A DNA stretch of 64,000 nt from Eledone cirrhosa (Eukaryota): NCBI GenBank assembly GCA_964016885.1, contig OZ024742.1:179986001-180050000 (forward strand), given 5' to 3'. The notes under the pieces are model-generated. The model saw nothing but the letters and a program-made list of their open reading frames with translations. It was not told the origin of the DNA and ran no database searches. Made by a program: the position numbers and the translations under genes. This document shows positions 1 through 13,505 of the stretch, one piece after another (the first letter of the stretch is position 1; each line of letters starts with the position of its first letter).

Positions 1-16
1 CAGATATTATTTTATC

Positions 17-46
17 TACCCAGGCAACGCTGGGTACGGCTGCTAG
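17..46 (+). mobile_element. Helitron-like 3' terminus (body would lie upstream of the window)
   Basis: Hairpin TACCCAG-GCAACG-CTGGGTA (17-36), then CTAG at 43-46 followed by T: the canonical Helitron end layout. Confidence 0.6.
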
Positions 47-88
47 TTTATTTTAAAATTACCACCATATACATGTTATTGCCATGTA

Positions 89-291
89 TTAACTCTTAAT
101 ATCATGTAATGATTTAGTGTAAAATGTCTAAAATGTGTTTGTTAATTCAAATATTTACTAATAGACAAATTGTTGTGAACATTTACAGTTTAAGAGCAAA
201 GACTTAAATATTTAATATGATGCAGTCATAGTTCTGTTTTATAGTTTTATACTCAGTGAGGTTTCATATGGTACAAGAAGTTAAGAGTTAA
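89..291. mobile_element. TTAA-flanked MITE (piggyBac-like)
   Basis: TTAACTCTTAATATCATGTA at 89 versus the reverse complement of the right end, TTAACTCTTAACTTCTTGTA; TTAA at both ends. Confidence 0.5.
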
Positions 292-1329
292 GTTATTGCT
301 TGTTGTTTTATGATTCTTTCTGAATGTTCTTCGATGGATATTTTAAATATTTATGTACATATCTCCTCATCCATTTTGTAAAATAATAACTAAGTTCCAG
401 TTACAATACCAAAGGCTGGTAAGTAATCCTTTTGATACCAAACCACCTGAAACTACTCCTACTTATTTTAAAGTGTTTATAGTTATCTAAAATCCTTATA
501 TCCTGATTTTAGGAGAAACTTTTGTTATATTCCTATCACCAGATGAATAATGAGAAAGATAATTGTATTACTAAATCCATTCAAATTCTTCATTATTCTA
601 AAACTGATTTGAACATCATAGACTGTGGCTTTCATAAGAAATATAATAATGAAATGGTTAACTAAAAGTTTGATTCCCTCATTCAAATTAAAAAAAACAA
701 CATACAAGTGTAATTATCTATTGAACTTCAGAAAAAAGAATGTTTTGTGCTTCTGCTTATCTATAAAATCAGATAGCTTAGTGGTTAAGGATTGAACGCA
801 TGAAAATAAAGTCATGGGCTTGATTTCCAGAACAGGCATCACATGTTATTGAGCAAATGCTTTATATTTGGTTTCCCCTTCTTCCAGGAATTGCGACAAG
901 CAGAAAGTATCAACGGTGGAAAAACTAGTGGAAACATTGATTCTTTGGTTTTATTAGGAGATAGGCTCCTTTCCTTTTTTATCTACAAAAGTCCATAGAA
1001 ACACTATATTTTTCATCTTAATGAATCTGGTTTCTCAGAACTCCTGATTGATCAGTTGCCAATGGAAAAGATTAATAAACATTGGTAACATTATAAAAAA
1101 ATCTTTAACCCTTTTGTGACTATAATTCTAATAAAATACACAGCCTATATGTTTCAGTTAGTCTTGAAAATAATCAAAGATTTTGAAGGATTTAGTAAAA
1201 TAAACCATCTTTAAGCTAGTATTTGGAATATAACTTAAATGTTTCTTATATGAAATCATAACGAAAGATGTGAATTTAAATATGGACACTTTAAAATTGG
1301 AGGCTTTGGGTGGGCTGGTGTCAGTAGAG

Positions 1330-1885
1330 ATAAGCATAAACTATATATTATATTAAAGGGCAATTGGCTAGAAATTCTGTAAGGTGCACACAGGATGTAC
1401 AAGAGATGTAGTGGGATGGCAGGCTGGTCAACAGAAAAGATAGATTTTGTATGTGGTAGATGCACAGGAGTAGTAAGCACTAAGAGCATATGTGGAATTA
1501 ATAACTTCAGTTGCCAGGGAGGCTCATTAAAAATAGTTTACAGCTTTCGTTACCTAGACAATCAAATTAGCAGTTGGGGAGTATGTTTTGAAAGTGTGAT
1601 AGCTAGGATAAGAACAGTCTGGAAGAAGTTTGAAGACTGATACTGCTGTTGACAACAAAGAGCTTTTCTCTCAGAATAAAGGGTAGACGAATATGGTGCC
1701 TGTGTGTGAACTGCAATGCTACATGACTGCAGATCTGTGGAGGTTAAAAAGAAACGAATTCAGTTTGTTCCAATGGATGTGTAATATTAGTGTGCATGAG
1801 TGACAGAGAATAAGCAAACTGAGGGAAAAACTTGGCTTAAGAGGAATTGGATGCAGTGTGCAAGAGAGAAGGCTGCATTGATATG
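1330..1885 (+). mobile_element. Decayed RTE LINE 3' fragment (PHD-containing lineage)
   Basis: Encodes KRCSGMAG..FVCGRCTG, SFRYL, ARIRTVWKKF and CSVQERRL, homologous to 21050-21600. Confidence 0.85.
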
Positions 1886-2849
1886 ATACCAGTCATTGGG
1901 TATGACACCACGCTGTACTTATGATTGATTATTCATCTGACCAGCTCTTAACTTATCATACCAGATTTTTTTAGCATCACTGTATGGTCAAATATATTCA
2001 TATACCTGCAATAGATTACATTAAAGCTGTGAAATATAATATTTGTAATGTCAATAAAGCCTAAGCAATGTTTACAACAAGACCAAATATGTTTATATCA
2101 AAGCTTTAATATGTAATATATGTAATGCAATCTGTAGTAATATTCCAGTTAAGTCATGTCATTGTTACCCAATAACGATCATGTTTGCATCTTGTGTTGT
2201 ATTACAGAGAGAGAATAAATAATCAGATATATTTGAAGATTACCAACTCAATCATTTAATATGGACAAGACATCTAGAGCATTCTATAGGAATGTAATCT
2301 CTCTGACAAAACACAGACACACAGACTCGCATACGCACACACACATACAGACACACACATCTTGTAAGTTGGTATTGCTAGTAAAGAAAGAAATTTAACC
2401 TTTCCTGCATCTGACATTATATATATACAGTTTCACAATATACTTTCTCTCCAAGAATGTTGCCAATTACCGGATTAATTAACAGAATAAAGTTTTCATG
2501 CTACTGTAATGTGATAGGAAATGATATTGATTTCAAGTGGACATTCTGTATGTAAACCAACAATAACAAGAAATGTAGCTTCTATATATGCTAGAAATAG
2601 CAGCTAAGTCTCCCACAAATGATACCCTACTGTTTTGAGAAAGGAAAGAACACATTGAATACTGAGGTTATATTTATCTCTACAAAGATGGGTTAGTCAT
2701 CTCTGGAATGTTTTTGATCATGTCTGTTGAATCAGTGTCTTAACAATGGCTATTAGCTTGAGAAATCAATATAATATATATGTCCTATCAGGTACAATAT
2801 CATAATATAAACTATATAATGACACTGAATAGTATCTATAAATAATAAT

Positions 2850-2967
2850 TGTTTCTACTTTTGGCACAAGGCCAGCAATTATCCCAGTGTATTACTGGTA
2901 TTTTATTTTATCGACCCCGTAAGGATGAAAGGCAAAGTTAACCTCGGTGGGATTTGAGGTTAACTTT
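2850..2967 (-). mobile_element. 5'-truncated tRNA-derived SINE (family 1) with 18-bp TSD
   Basis: Reverse complement of the SINE core and tail; GTATCTATAAATAATAAT duplicated at 2832-2849 and 2968-2985. Confidence 0.85.
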
Positions 2968-3039
2968 GTATCTATAAATAATAATAGTCAGTTAATTAGT
3001 AGAATGAAATTAGGTAAATATTGTCTATTGCGTAAGTCT

Positions 3040-3222
3040 ATGGATTGGCAGTATCGGTAGAGGGTCGGACGCCATGCTTTCCAGCATAGTTACGTCCCTT
3101 TATGATCTGAGTTCAAATCCCGCCAAGTTTGACTTTGCCTTTCATCCTTACGGGGTCGATAAAATATAGTACCAGTAATGCACTGGGTAATTGCTGGCCT
3201 TGTGCCTAAAGTAGAAATAATT
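3040..3222 (+). mobile_element. tRNA-derived SINE family 1, near full length
   Basis: A-box-like TGGCAGTATCGG, B-box GTTCAAATCC, core TTTGCCTTTCATCCTTACGGGGTCGATAAAAT, tail GTAGAAATAATT; more than 10 copies in the window. Confidence 0.85.
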
Positions 3223-5899
3223 AATTTACTAATCTGGTAGACAGTCTGAATACATGACTTAAGGAAGTGCCAATATAATCATCAACATCGTCTCTCATTC
3301 AGTTGTCCATACTAGCATGTGTTGAACAGGTCATTATGGACCAAATCAGTATTTAATTGGAGCTACTGTTCTTGCAGCAATGGACCAGGGAGTCATACCT
3401 TACATACATACAGTCCAGGTTTAGCATGGTTTCTATGACTGAATGCCTTTCCTATCTACAATCACTTCACATATTGTATTGGGTGCATTTTATTATGACA
3501 TGCTCACAAGGAAGGTTGTCATGTCTTTGATAAACTGAAGATTTCTCTTAACTCTTTGACATGATTTCTAAAGCTGGGTTCCCTTCCCAACACCAACAGG
3601 GCATACGTGGTGCATTTCATATAACACCAGTACTAGGGAGATTGGTGTGTCTTTGAGACAAGTGAGTTGTACTCTCAACCCGTTGTTTGACATGTTTAAT
3701 ATAGCTCAATGTCTTTACTAACATCTACCATTTTACATCTACCATTATACAACTAGGAATACATAGACCAAGTCTATTCCACAAGTGTAGAAATCACTGG
3801 TAAATTTTGGATCGAAAATGATATTGGATAGAATATTGAAATTAAACTGTACTAGGGATTCATGTACTCCAAGAAAGACATACTCAACACAATCATTTAG
3901 TGCTTTTCTCATGCATTGTATATCTAAAACTATAGAAATGAGGTTTTAACCCAAGCACAGCAATGGTTCCTTCAACGGTCTTCCTCACAGTTTCTGTCTG
4001 CCAAATTTATTAGTCACCTCATGGCTATTGTAGAAGATACTTGTATAAGGCTAGAATTGGAGACCTTACAGCTTGCTGCTAGCATACTCATTAATCACAC
4101 ATATATGGCTACACACCTATTGTGTAACAGTTAAGTGGTTTTAAACAGGATATGAAATAGTCATTAAACAGATACTAAAACAATTCACGGAACTGCACTG
4201 CACAAACTTTGATTACACAATACAACTACAACATAATGTACAACCCAGTCAAGGGTGTTGAATTTTCCCACTTCCCCATTAAAAACATATTTCTTCCCAC
4301 CCATATTGTTTTTACTTTTTCTCATTTTCTCTCTTTTTGTTTGATATATTCTTTATTGATGAGCAAAACCGTTTATTCAATGTATACAATGTTTCATATT
4401 GAACATCTGCTTACTCATTAGTTTATAGTCAATCAATGTGTTTTTGATGTATTTATATAAAGTATAATAAACCTGTTTAATCTATTCATTATATATTCAT
4501 AATAATAAATAAAGAAAGAAACCATTATATATTCATTTATTAATGTTCTATTTCTTTCTCTCTATGCAGATTTATTCTAAGTATTTTACTAGTTTTTCAT
4601 TGGAATGTAGCCATGCTGGGATATTACCTTCAAGAGATTATTAGTCTATTACAACAACTACAATACTTATTTGTAAATCTGGTACCTATTGCATCAGTTG
4701 CTATTTGTCAAATTGTTAACTTATAGGGCATAAACAAACAACACCAGTCCTTAAGGTACACATGCAGAGATACTCTCTCTCTCACACACGCAGACATATA
4801 TATGATGGCTTTGGTACAGTTTCCATCTACCAAATTACCCTTACAAGGCATAGGCAAATTTAACCATCCTGCTGTAGCTGCTGGTACTCACTTTCTCAGC
4901 TGATTTGAGTGGAAGAATATGAATTGAAGACCCAGGCAGAGGTATTTAATCTCAATATGTCCAAAGCTGAAAATGATATACCACAAAAGTTCTAGCGTTC
5001 TGCCAATCTAGTGACCCTGGTCAGTATTTTATTGACTTCAAAGGGATAGAAAGCAAAGTTTACTTTAGGAGGATCTGAGCATAGAGCACTGAGAGCCAGA
5101 AGAAATTCTGCCAAATATTTATTTTAATGCTCTAATGACTGCCAAAATTGACTACTTTTGGAAAATAAAATTATAGTTCACTCTTATGCAGGTTTAGCTG
5201 ACCTTCTATGAAGTAGCACCACATAGAATATTTAGGTATTTTAATGAAAAGGGCTACATTCCTATAATGAAAACCAACATGAAATTAAGTGTCTTGCTCA
5301 AGAACATAACATGCCACTCTGTCCAAGAATAGAAGTCACAACCATTTGGAATAGAAGAAATAGAATAGGAGCTAGGCCATCTTTGTACTTCTACTGTTGT
5401 TGAATTGATTTCAAAATAGATACCACTGCATTAAAACAGACATGTTATAGAAATGTACAACATACAGAAACAGAGTTAAATCATAAATAACTGTTATTGA
5501 CATTAAATTAATTTAGACAGAATTTTGAAAACATCTGACATCTTGAATGTGTTTATAAGTGTTTATATTGCACTTTAATTGTTTTTGTTCTTACTCTCAT
5601 ATCTTGAAGGTATGTTTCAGCAAAGATCCTCGTCTTTCCTTCTTCTCCCTCACCACCATCACTATAACTAGTATCATCATCACCACTTTCATTATTATCA
5701 CAACCACCACCATCACTAGCACTATCATTGTCCCTACCTCCGTCACCATTACTGTATTTATATCCTTTTTCTAATGCTAACATTGCTTGGATGTGGTGGT
5801 GGTAGCAGTTGTGGTGGTGGCAATGAGATAATAGGACTCAGGATGTTCTCTACATTACAATTTCATTTCATCTATGAAATCTAGTGTTATCAGAAGTGA

Positions 5900-6480
5900 G
5901 ATAATATCTCACCTTCCTACCATGATTTTCTTGCTCTACCATAAACAGTGCTACTCTCTACCATCAGTTCATCATAACCCACATTATATTTCTACCAATA
6001 ACATGGTAGAAACATCTACTATCACCTCATCATATAACCCTTCAATATACCACAAACAATAGTACCTTCTGCCATAACCTCATCATACCATCCCAACCCA
6101 TATTTCTACCACTGACAATGCTATCAACAAGCTACCATCAAGCCCATAATATATTCTTACCTCAAACAGTGGTACCATCTACCATCAACTTACCATAACC
6201 TCTTAAACAATGGTAGCTTCTACCACCAGCCCATCATGACACTTATATTTCTGTTAATGACATTGGCACCTTCTACCATCAGCTCATCATAGAATTCCCA
6301 TATTTCTACCCCTGACATAGGTACTTTCTACTGTGACCTATATTTTTACCAAAACTAGTGATACCTTCAAACATCAGTCCACATAGAACCCCCATATCTC
6401 TACCTCAAACAGTGGTATCCTCTGACACAAACTTATCATAGATCCCTTCCACTATATTTCTACCTCAAACAGTGGTACCA
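5900..6480. repeat. Degenerate tandem repeat, unit ~50-60 bp
   Basis: Recurrent CCATATTTCTACC...ACAGTGGTACCTTCTACCATCA...CATCATA, about 10 diverged units. Confidence 0.65.
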
Positions 6481-7319
6481 CTTGTTTATCATTTCCCCAC
6501 CCAACAAATGTTGTTTCATATATTGGTGATGGGAAGGGCATCTAGATGTAGAAACCATATCAAAACCAGAGCTTATGTAAGTGAGATATGGAACTCCACC
6601 TGTCTTGGAAGACAGTAAATCTGATTAAGTACTAAGTTTAGTAATGACCTGTCTAACCTAAGCCAACATGGAAAACAAATGTTAAATGATGATGATGATG
6701 TACAGTTACCTTTCCTTCATATATAAAATAAATAATTATTTCGATCTCCACCTACATTTCTCAGCTCATATCCACTTGGCCTTTCAAGCAAGTTACACTT
6801 GTTTGGTTAAGTCTTTATAAATATGCTGGAGTAAAATCAATAATTATTACACTATGTATAGAAACATGCATAATGATTGTCTTCATGACTGTCAAAATTT
6901 GTTAATTATGAATGACAAGCCATGAAAAGAATCAATGAAAGACAGACTGTAGCAAATGTCTATAATCACTATCATTGCTATTAATGTTAGATTAATATAG
7001 TTTTAATTTCTATAGTAGCTACAGGTATTCCAGTCATTAAGGTATTGAACAAACTATGTGTCAGGTTCATAGATACAATAATATAACTAACATTGCATTG
7101 AGACCAGGTCAAACACATACGGTAGCTTCAATTTCTATAGGAGCTACAGGTATTGCTGTCAATAAGGTATTGGACAAACTAAATGGGAGATTAACAGCTA
7201 TTACATTATTACCAGCATTACCTTGAGTATAGGAGAAAGACACTTATCTTTGAAAGGCTGTCTTCATTTAGCTTGAATTAGCTACCACAGAATGGTAAAA
7301 TTCAACGAACACATGAGCA

Positions 7320-7510
7320 GAAATTTGGAAGGGAAAGAATTCAGTTATATCAACCTCAGTACTTGACTGGTACTTTATTTTATTGCTTACTTAAGGATGA
7401 AAGGCAAGGTTGAATTCGGTGGGATTTGAACTCAGAATGTAAAAAGTTGAAAGAAATGCTTCAAAACATGTTATCCAATGCCCTGGTGATTCTGTCAATC
7501 CATTGCCATA
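7320..7510 (-). mobile_element. Older SINE family 1 variant
   Basis: ACTGGTACTTTATTT...AAGGATGAAAGGCAAGGTTGAATTCGGTGGGATTTGAACTCAGA. Confidence 0.7.
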
Positions 7511-8055
7511 CTATTAGGCTAGTACTTTAGTTACTGAGGATGAAAGGCAAAGTTGGCCTTGGCAGAATTTGAAATAATGGAAATAATGACAGCATTTTTT
7601 TTTCATTGGAAATATATTTGGGATCAATCAGCAAACTATGTAAATATATATTTATCTCTTATTTGCTTAGCCTTAGAGAAACTGGTGTTCAGTACTCGTC
7701 TGATGGGGCTTTGGGTATGTGATTTGGAAAATACTAGCTTTCATTTATTAACTTGTAACTAGTGAGTTGAAATATTAACTGGTGAAATCATTGTTTAATA
7801 TAATTTTCTTTTTCAAGTCTCAAAATGTTATTCTATGTAAATATATATCACTTAAATACAGTTTAATAGAAAAAGAAAAAAGAAAATTTAGATTAAGAAG
7901 AAAGAATGGAATCTAAAATAAGAAAATATAAAAAAAAAGACAGAAAAGGAAGGGAATGGCAAGGGCTCTAGTGTCACAGAAGAATGGGGAGGGTGAGGGT
8001 GATTGTCATTATTGCTAACCTCTGTATCAACTGATATGAGAGTTAACTTTTGGGG

Positions 8056-8180
8056 AAGGCACATGGTATAGTATTTAGGGTGTTTGACTCACAATTATAA
8101 GGTTGTGGGTTTGAATATTGGGTTGGGCAGCATGTTATGTCATTCAGCAAGACACTTTAATTTCGTATTTACATTGCTTA
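8056..8180 (+). mobile_element. SINE family 2 (tRNA head plus CORE-like segment), decayed
   Basis: GGCACATGGTATAGT...GTTGTGGGTTTGAAT...CAGCAAGACACTTT. Similar relics near 780, 5280 (-), 22300 (-), 25515, 26800 (-), 38505 and 40100 (-). Confidence 0.6.
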
Positions 8181-8969
8181 TAATTGGAATGGAGCTCCTA
8201 TCATTAAAATGCTTCAGAAACCCATGAAATTTAACCTTGTAGGAGGCCAACTAAAACATGCATAGATGGGAGCTGTAAATTTTAATTTCATCAACTCTTG
8301 TTAATTAAATTCTTGTCACTACTGCTGAATTGTCTCAATTGCTAATTACTAAATCAATTGATTCATTAGCCCCAAACATAGTGTGAGTTGTAAAGGGGGC
8401 TGTGATCTTTCTGTTAAATGTGTGTGAGTTGTAAAGTAGGATGTGGTCCTTCTGTTAAATGTGTGTGAGTTGTGATGTGGGCTGTGTTCTTTCCTTTATA
8501 TATGTTTGTGAGTTGTAATGTTTGGGTTAAGTACCATTTGTGTATTTTGAGGTGGGTTATGAGGCAGATTGTGATGTTTGGGTTAAGTACCATTTGTATG
8601 TTGCGAGGTAGGTTGTGATGTTGTGAGCTGGTTTCAAATTTAATGTTTATGTGATGAGAGGTGAATTATTGTATTTGGAGTAAAGCTCTTCTTCATATCT
8701 CCTTGGTGAAAGGTTTTACTCGAATCACGAGAACTCACCCTTCCTCATAAATTTATTAAACAACTTTATAGGTCCTTGTGAATTAAGTATCTTCACTCTA
8801 GAACTAGAACAGTGTTAGTGGTAGAATATGATTTCCTAACTCTTCAGCTGGTCATCTGCTACTCTTTTAATTTCACTAGACCTAGCTTTCATTTCCCCTC
8901 AAACAGCAATAACACTTTTCAAAATTAGAATTTAGTTTTTCACTCTAACATACAGGATATGTAAATGCA

Positions 8970-9208
8970 TTATATCAAATAATAATAATATTCGATTTGT
9001 TTGCAAACAAACAGCCTCAGTAAGCTATGTTTTTTAGATGACCATCACCATCCTTTTGTTTTAGCAGTGACAGAGAGAAACAATCGACAATATGGTTTCT
9101 GGGTTATTGCTCTTTGTCAAGATTGTATGACAGTAGTCATCTAAAAATCATAGCGTAATGAGGCTGTTTGTTTGCAAATGAATCGATTATTATTATTATT
9201 TGACATAA
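8970..9208. mobile_element. Fold-back element/MITE with ~70-bp imperfect inverted repeats
   Basis: 8975-9042 TCAAATAATAATAATATTCGATTTGTTTGCAAACAAACAGCCTCAGTAAGCTATG..TTTTAGATGAC matches the reverse complement of 9136-9203. Confidence 0.75.
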
Positions 9209-9789
9209 AACTCACGACTGCCATATTTTTTCCTTTTCTTCAATAAATTTAGAAGATCAATATATAAGTAATATTGATCACTGATTTGTTGTACTAATGA
9301 TACATTTTTAAATTTGAAATGAATTATCTGAAAAGGAAATAATCTCTCATTGATGTGAAAAAACTATTTTACTGATGAATTATTAAATACTGAAGTAAGT
9401 AAAGTAGTTTTTCAAGAACTATACATCAAATTATTTAATTAAAAATGAAATACTGAGAAGATTATGTACACAATTGTTTCCACATTTGAATTCAGTTTAC
9501 AAAGGAAGACAACATTGACTAACATAGTCGATTATAGTCACTTATATAGCGATTAACAGGGAAAGGATACAATAGAGCATATACTCCTTCATACATCATT
9601 AAGAGCCTTATTTAACTGTTCCTTCAAAGGCACAACAGCTTTCTACATCCCTAGTGCAGTAGAGGTATATCACCTTCCTTCTTTCCTGCTTAGTCACATG
9701 TAGATATGCTCTATAGATAAGGAGACAGTATATGTGAGTGTGTGTATATTTATATTACCTTTTTCCTGTTAGTAGTTCTTCTTTGCCCA

Positions 9790-10740
9790 CTTATTCCTGA
9801 GAGGGTTGCAGGGGAAGAGTCCTCAAACACTCCTTCCAGTGGGTCCTGTCAGAAGCAACTGTCCCCAACTGATCTGACAGGATCTCCAAGCAAGACCAGC
9901 CAAGTTCATGGATGTTATCCAACCATCTTGCTTGGGGAGGGGGTCTACCTTTTATGCGTACCTCCCTTTTTCTGATTACTGAATGCTGAAGCTGACACAT
10001 TTCTATTTCAACTCCTGAAATTCTTGCACTTAATTCAGCCTCCTGCCTTCCATCACTTATGAACATGAACTTGAGATACTTGAACTTCTCTACCTACTTC
10101 AGTGGAACTCCATTTATATGTAGAGTGCACTGCTCAGGCTTCCTTGAGAGGACGAGCATCTCAGTTTTTGCAGCACTGTTAGTAGTTCCTTTTTATTTTT
10201 TTGGGTCTGCCTGTCTAAGCTTGTATGTGTCGGACAAGTCTTCTCCGGTATAGTTTTTCTCCCTCTGTCATATCATTTTATCACCTTTGCGAGGTTCAGC
10301 ATCTTCAGATCAACACTCACTACTCTACTTCTGCGCAAGTCTTCTTTGGTCGTCTGCAGCTTGCAGTTTTCTTCTACTGGGAATACTTGGCTCTCCTTTA
10401 TCCAATCATAATATGCATAATATGTTCATACTAATGTAGTCTTCTCTTGCATATTGCATCTGATTCCTCTCATACCTAGTTTTTCCTTCAAACTATCTGC
10501 TTTGTTGTACATGCACCTTATCATGATATATTAAACAGAGCATGCTAACCCAAATTCTTTATAGCTTTCACACATGCTCTGTATTCAATGCCCACGTCAT
10601 ACTACTATATAGCATTATAATTTGTATGCAGGCATCATATAATCTACTATTTGCTCAGAAAAAGAATCCCTTTGTCCCTAGTTTTCTGAACATTTTCTAC
10701 CTTATTCTTTGTACTATGTTTTGCAATATTTGTTCCTTCT
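9790..10740 (-). mobile_element. Decayed RTE LINE fragments
   Basis: Minus-strand remnants LYDACIQIIMLYSSMTWALN (~10640) and KFKYL..DGRQEAELSARI (~10085-10020). Confidence 0.65.
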
Positions 10741-11055
10741 GAATTCAAATCTCACCAAGGTCAAAATTGTCTTTCATCTTTTTCAAGTCGATAAAGTAAA
10801 GTAACATTCAAATACTTGGGCTGATATAATCGACTAACATCACCCTCTAAATTTGTGGCCTGATGGTTTGTCAGTATCGGTAGAGGGTCGGACGCTGTGC
10901 TTTCCAGCATAGTTACGTCCCTTTATGGTTTGAGTTCAAATCCCGTCGAGGTTAACTTTGCCTTTCATCCTTACGGGGTCAATAAAATAAAGTACCAGTA
11001 ATGTACTGAGTAATTGCTGGCCTTGTGCCAAAAGTAGAAACAATTATTATTATTG
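10738..11055 (+). mobile_element. Two adjacent SINE family 1 copies (old partial 10738-10860; younger 10863-11055)
   Basis: Core motif present twice; the second copy has head, B-box and (ATT)n tail. Confidence 0.8.
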
Positions 11056-11541
11056 TTTAGATTTCTTCTTGAATATGTCAATGTAAACAGCCCTTAACTC
11101 ATTTCTGACATGTAATCATATTTATATTCTCTAACATAAGTTATATTCAGCATCATATATATTCAGTCTGGATTGGTTGGGGAGGTGTGATTAAAGTAAA
11201 ATCATCATTATCATTTCACAATGAATTATACTGCTTTCATAGCATCATCTCTGACCTAAGCTGAATGTACATGATATATATATAATAAAATTATTTTAGT
11301 AAATACAATATAATATTAAGTTGGAAATAAAGAAGTGAAAACAGAAGTAAAACAAAACAAAGCAATTGTTTCGAGTTTTAACTTGTATTTAGATATATTG
11401 GGGTTAAAACCGTTTACCAAGAGAAAACAGAGGTCGTTGATATGTTGGTATCTACTGAACAGTTTTATATTATATTTATTGTGTTTAGCTTATTGTTGTT
11501 GTATCAAGGAAACACTTAATTGTTATGGATTTCCCCCAGTT

Positions 11542-11785
11542 AAAGGAAAGAGAGAGAGAGAGAGGGAGGGAGAGGGAGAAAGAGGGAAAGAAAGAAAGAG
11601 AGGCAGAAAGAGGGAAAGAAAGAACGAGAGGGAGAAAGATGGAAAGAAAGAGAGAGAAATAGGGGAAAGGAAAGAAAGAGAGGGAGAAAGAAAGAGAGGG
11701 ATAAAGTAAAAGAGAAAGAGGAGTTAGGGAAAGAAAGAGAGAGGGGAAGAGGGAAAGAGAGAAAGAGAGGGTAAGAGAGAGAGAG
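11542..11785 (+). repeat. Polypurine (GA/GAAA) tract
   Basis: About 240 nt almost exclusively A/G. Confidence 0.9.
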
Positions 11786-11842
11786 TATTTTAATTGTTCT
11801 TTCTTTCAACCTTCAAGGCAGAAATTTGATTAAATGTGGCAT

Positions 11843-13505
11843 TGGTGGTGGTGGTGGTAGTAGATATTTACTATAATAGTTGTGGTGGTGGTGGTGGTAG
11901 TAGATATTTACTATAATAGTTGTGGTGGTGGTGGTAGTAGATATTTGCTATAATAGTGCTGGTGGTGGTGGTGGCAGTAGACATTTACTATAATAGTGCT
12001 GGTGGTGGTGGTAGTAGATATTTACTATAATAGTTGTGGTGGTGGTGGTGGTAGTAGATATTTACTATAATAGTGCTGGTGGTGGTGGTGGTAGTAGATA
12101 TTTACTATAATAGTGCTGGTGGTGGTGGCAGTAGATATTTACTATAATAGTGCTGGTGGTGGTGGTAGTAGATATTTACTATAATAGTGCTGGTGGTGGT
12201 GGCAGTAGATATTTACTATAGTAGTGCTGGTGGTGGTGGTGGTAGTAGATATTTACTATAATAGTTGTGGTGGTGGTGGTGGTAGTAGATATTTACTATA
12301 GTAGTGCTGGTGGTGGTGGTGGTAGTAGATATTTATTATAATAGTGGTGGTGGTGGTGGTAGTAGATATTTACTATAACAGTGCTGGTGGTGGTGGTGGT
12401 AGTAGATATTTACTATAATAGTGCTGGTGGTGGTGGTGGTAGTAGATATTTACTATAATAGTGGTGGTGGTGGTGGTGGTAGATATTTACTATAATAGTG
12501 CTGGTGGTGGTGGTGGTAGTAGATATTTACTATAATAGTTGTTGTGGTGGTGGTAGTAGATATTTACTATAATAGTGGTGGTGGTGGTGGTAGATATTTA
12601 CTATAATAGTGGTGGTGGTGGTGGTAGATATTTACTATAATAGTGCTGGTGGTGGTGGTAGTAGATATTTATTATAATAGTGGTGGTGGTGGTGGTAGTA
12701 GATATTTGCTATAATAGTGCTGGTGGTGGTGGTGGTAGTAGATATTTATTATAATAGTGGTGGTGGTGGTGGTGGTGGTAGTAGATATTTGCTATAATAG
12801 TGCTGGTGGTGGTGGCAGTAGATATTTACTATAATAGTTGTGGTGGTGGTGGTAGTAGATATTTACTATAATAGTGGTGGTGGTAGATATTTGCTATAAT
12901 AGTGCTGGTGGTGGTGGTGGCAGTAGATATTTACTATAATAGTTGTGGTGGTGGTGGTAGTAGATATTTACTATAATAGTGCTGGTGGTGGTGGTGGTAG
13001 TAGATATTTACTATAATAGTGGTGGTGGTGGTGGTGGTAGATATTTACTATAATAGTGCTGGTGGTGGTGGTAGTAGATATTTACTATAATAGTTGTGGT
13101 GGTGGTGATAGTAGATATTTACTATAATAGTTGTGGTGGTGGTGGTAGTAGATATTTACTATAATAGTGGTGGTGGTGGTGGCAGGAGATATTTACTATA
13201 ATAGTGCTGGTGGTGGTGGTGGTAGATATTTACTATAATAGTGGTGGTGGTGGTGGTAGTGTAGGAGATATTTGCTATAATAGTGCTGGTGGTGGTAGTG
13301 TCAGGAGATATTTACTATAATAGTGCTGGTGGTGGTGGTATCAGGAGATATTTACTCTGATAGTGCTGGTGGTGGTGGTAGTAGATATTTACTATAATAG
13401 TGCTGGTGGTGGTGGTGGTGGTGGTGTCAGGAGATATTTACTATAATAGTGCTGGTGGTGGTGGTGGTAGTGTCAGGAGATATTTAAAATAATAGTGGTG
13501 GTGGT
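11843..13505 (+). repeat. Minisatellite, unit ~33-42 bp: (GGT)n-AGTAGATATTTACTATAATAGT(GCT), roughly 44 copies
   Basis: Directly visible; GGT count varies; distal units drift to the GTCAGGAGAT variant. Confidence 0.97.

Noticed and set aside
880-1000. Possible host exon after TTCTTCCAG (ELRQAESINGGKTSGNIDSLVLLG...)
   Set aside because: No recognisable protein, no convincing donor site or partner exons; needs RNA-seq.
11335-11809. ER/K-rich and LSF-rich ORFs
   Set aside because: Products of the polypurine tract.
11843-13505. CRISPR-like repeat/spacer appearance
   Set aside because: The spacers are just variable (GGT)n, not unique sequence; eukaryotic context with no cas genes.
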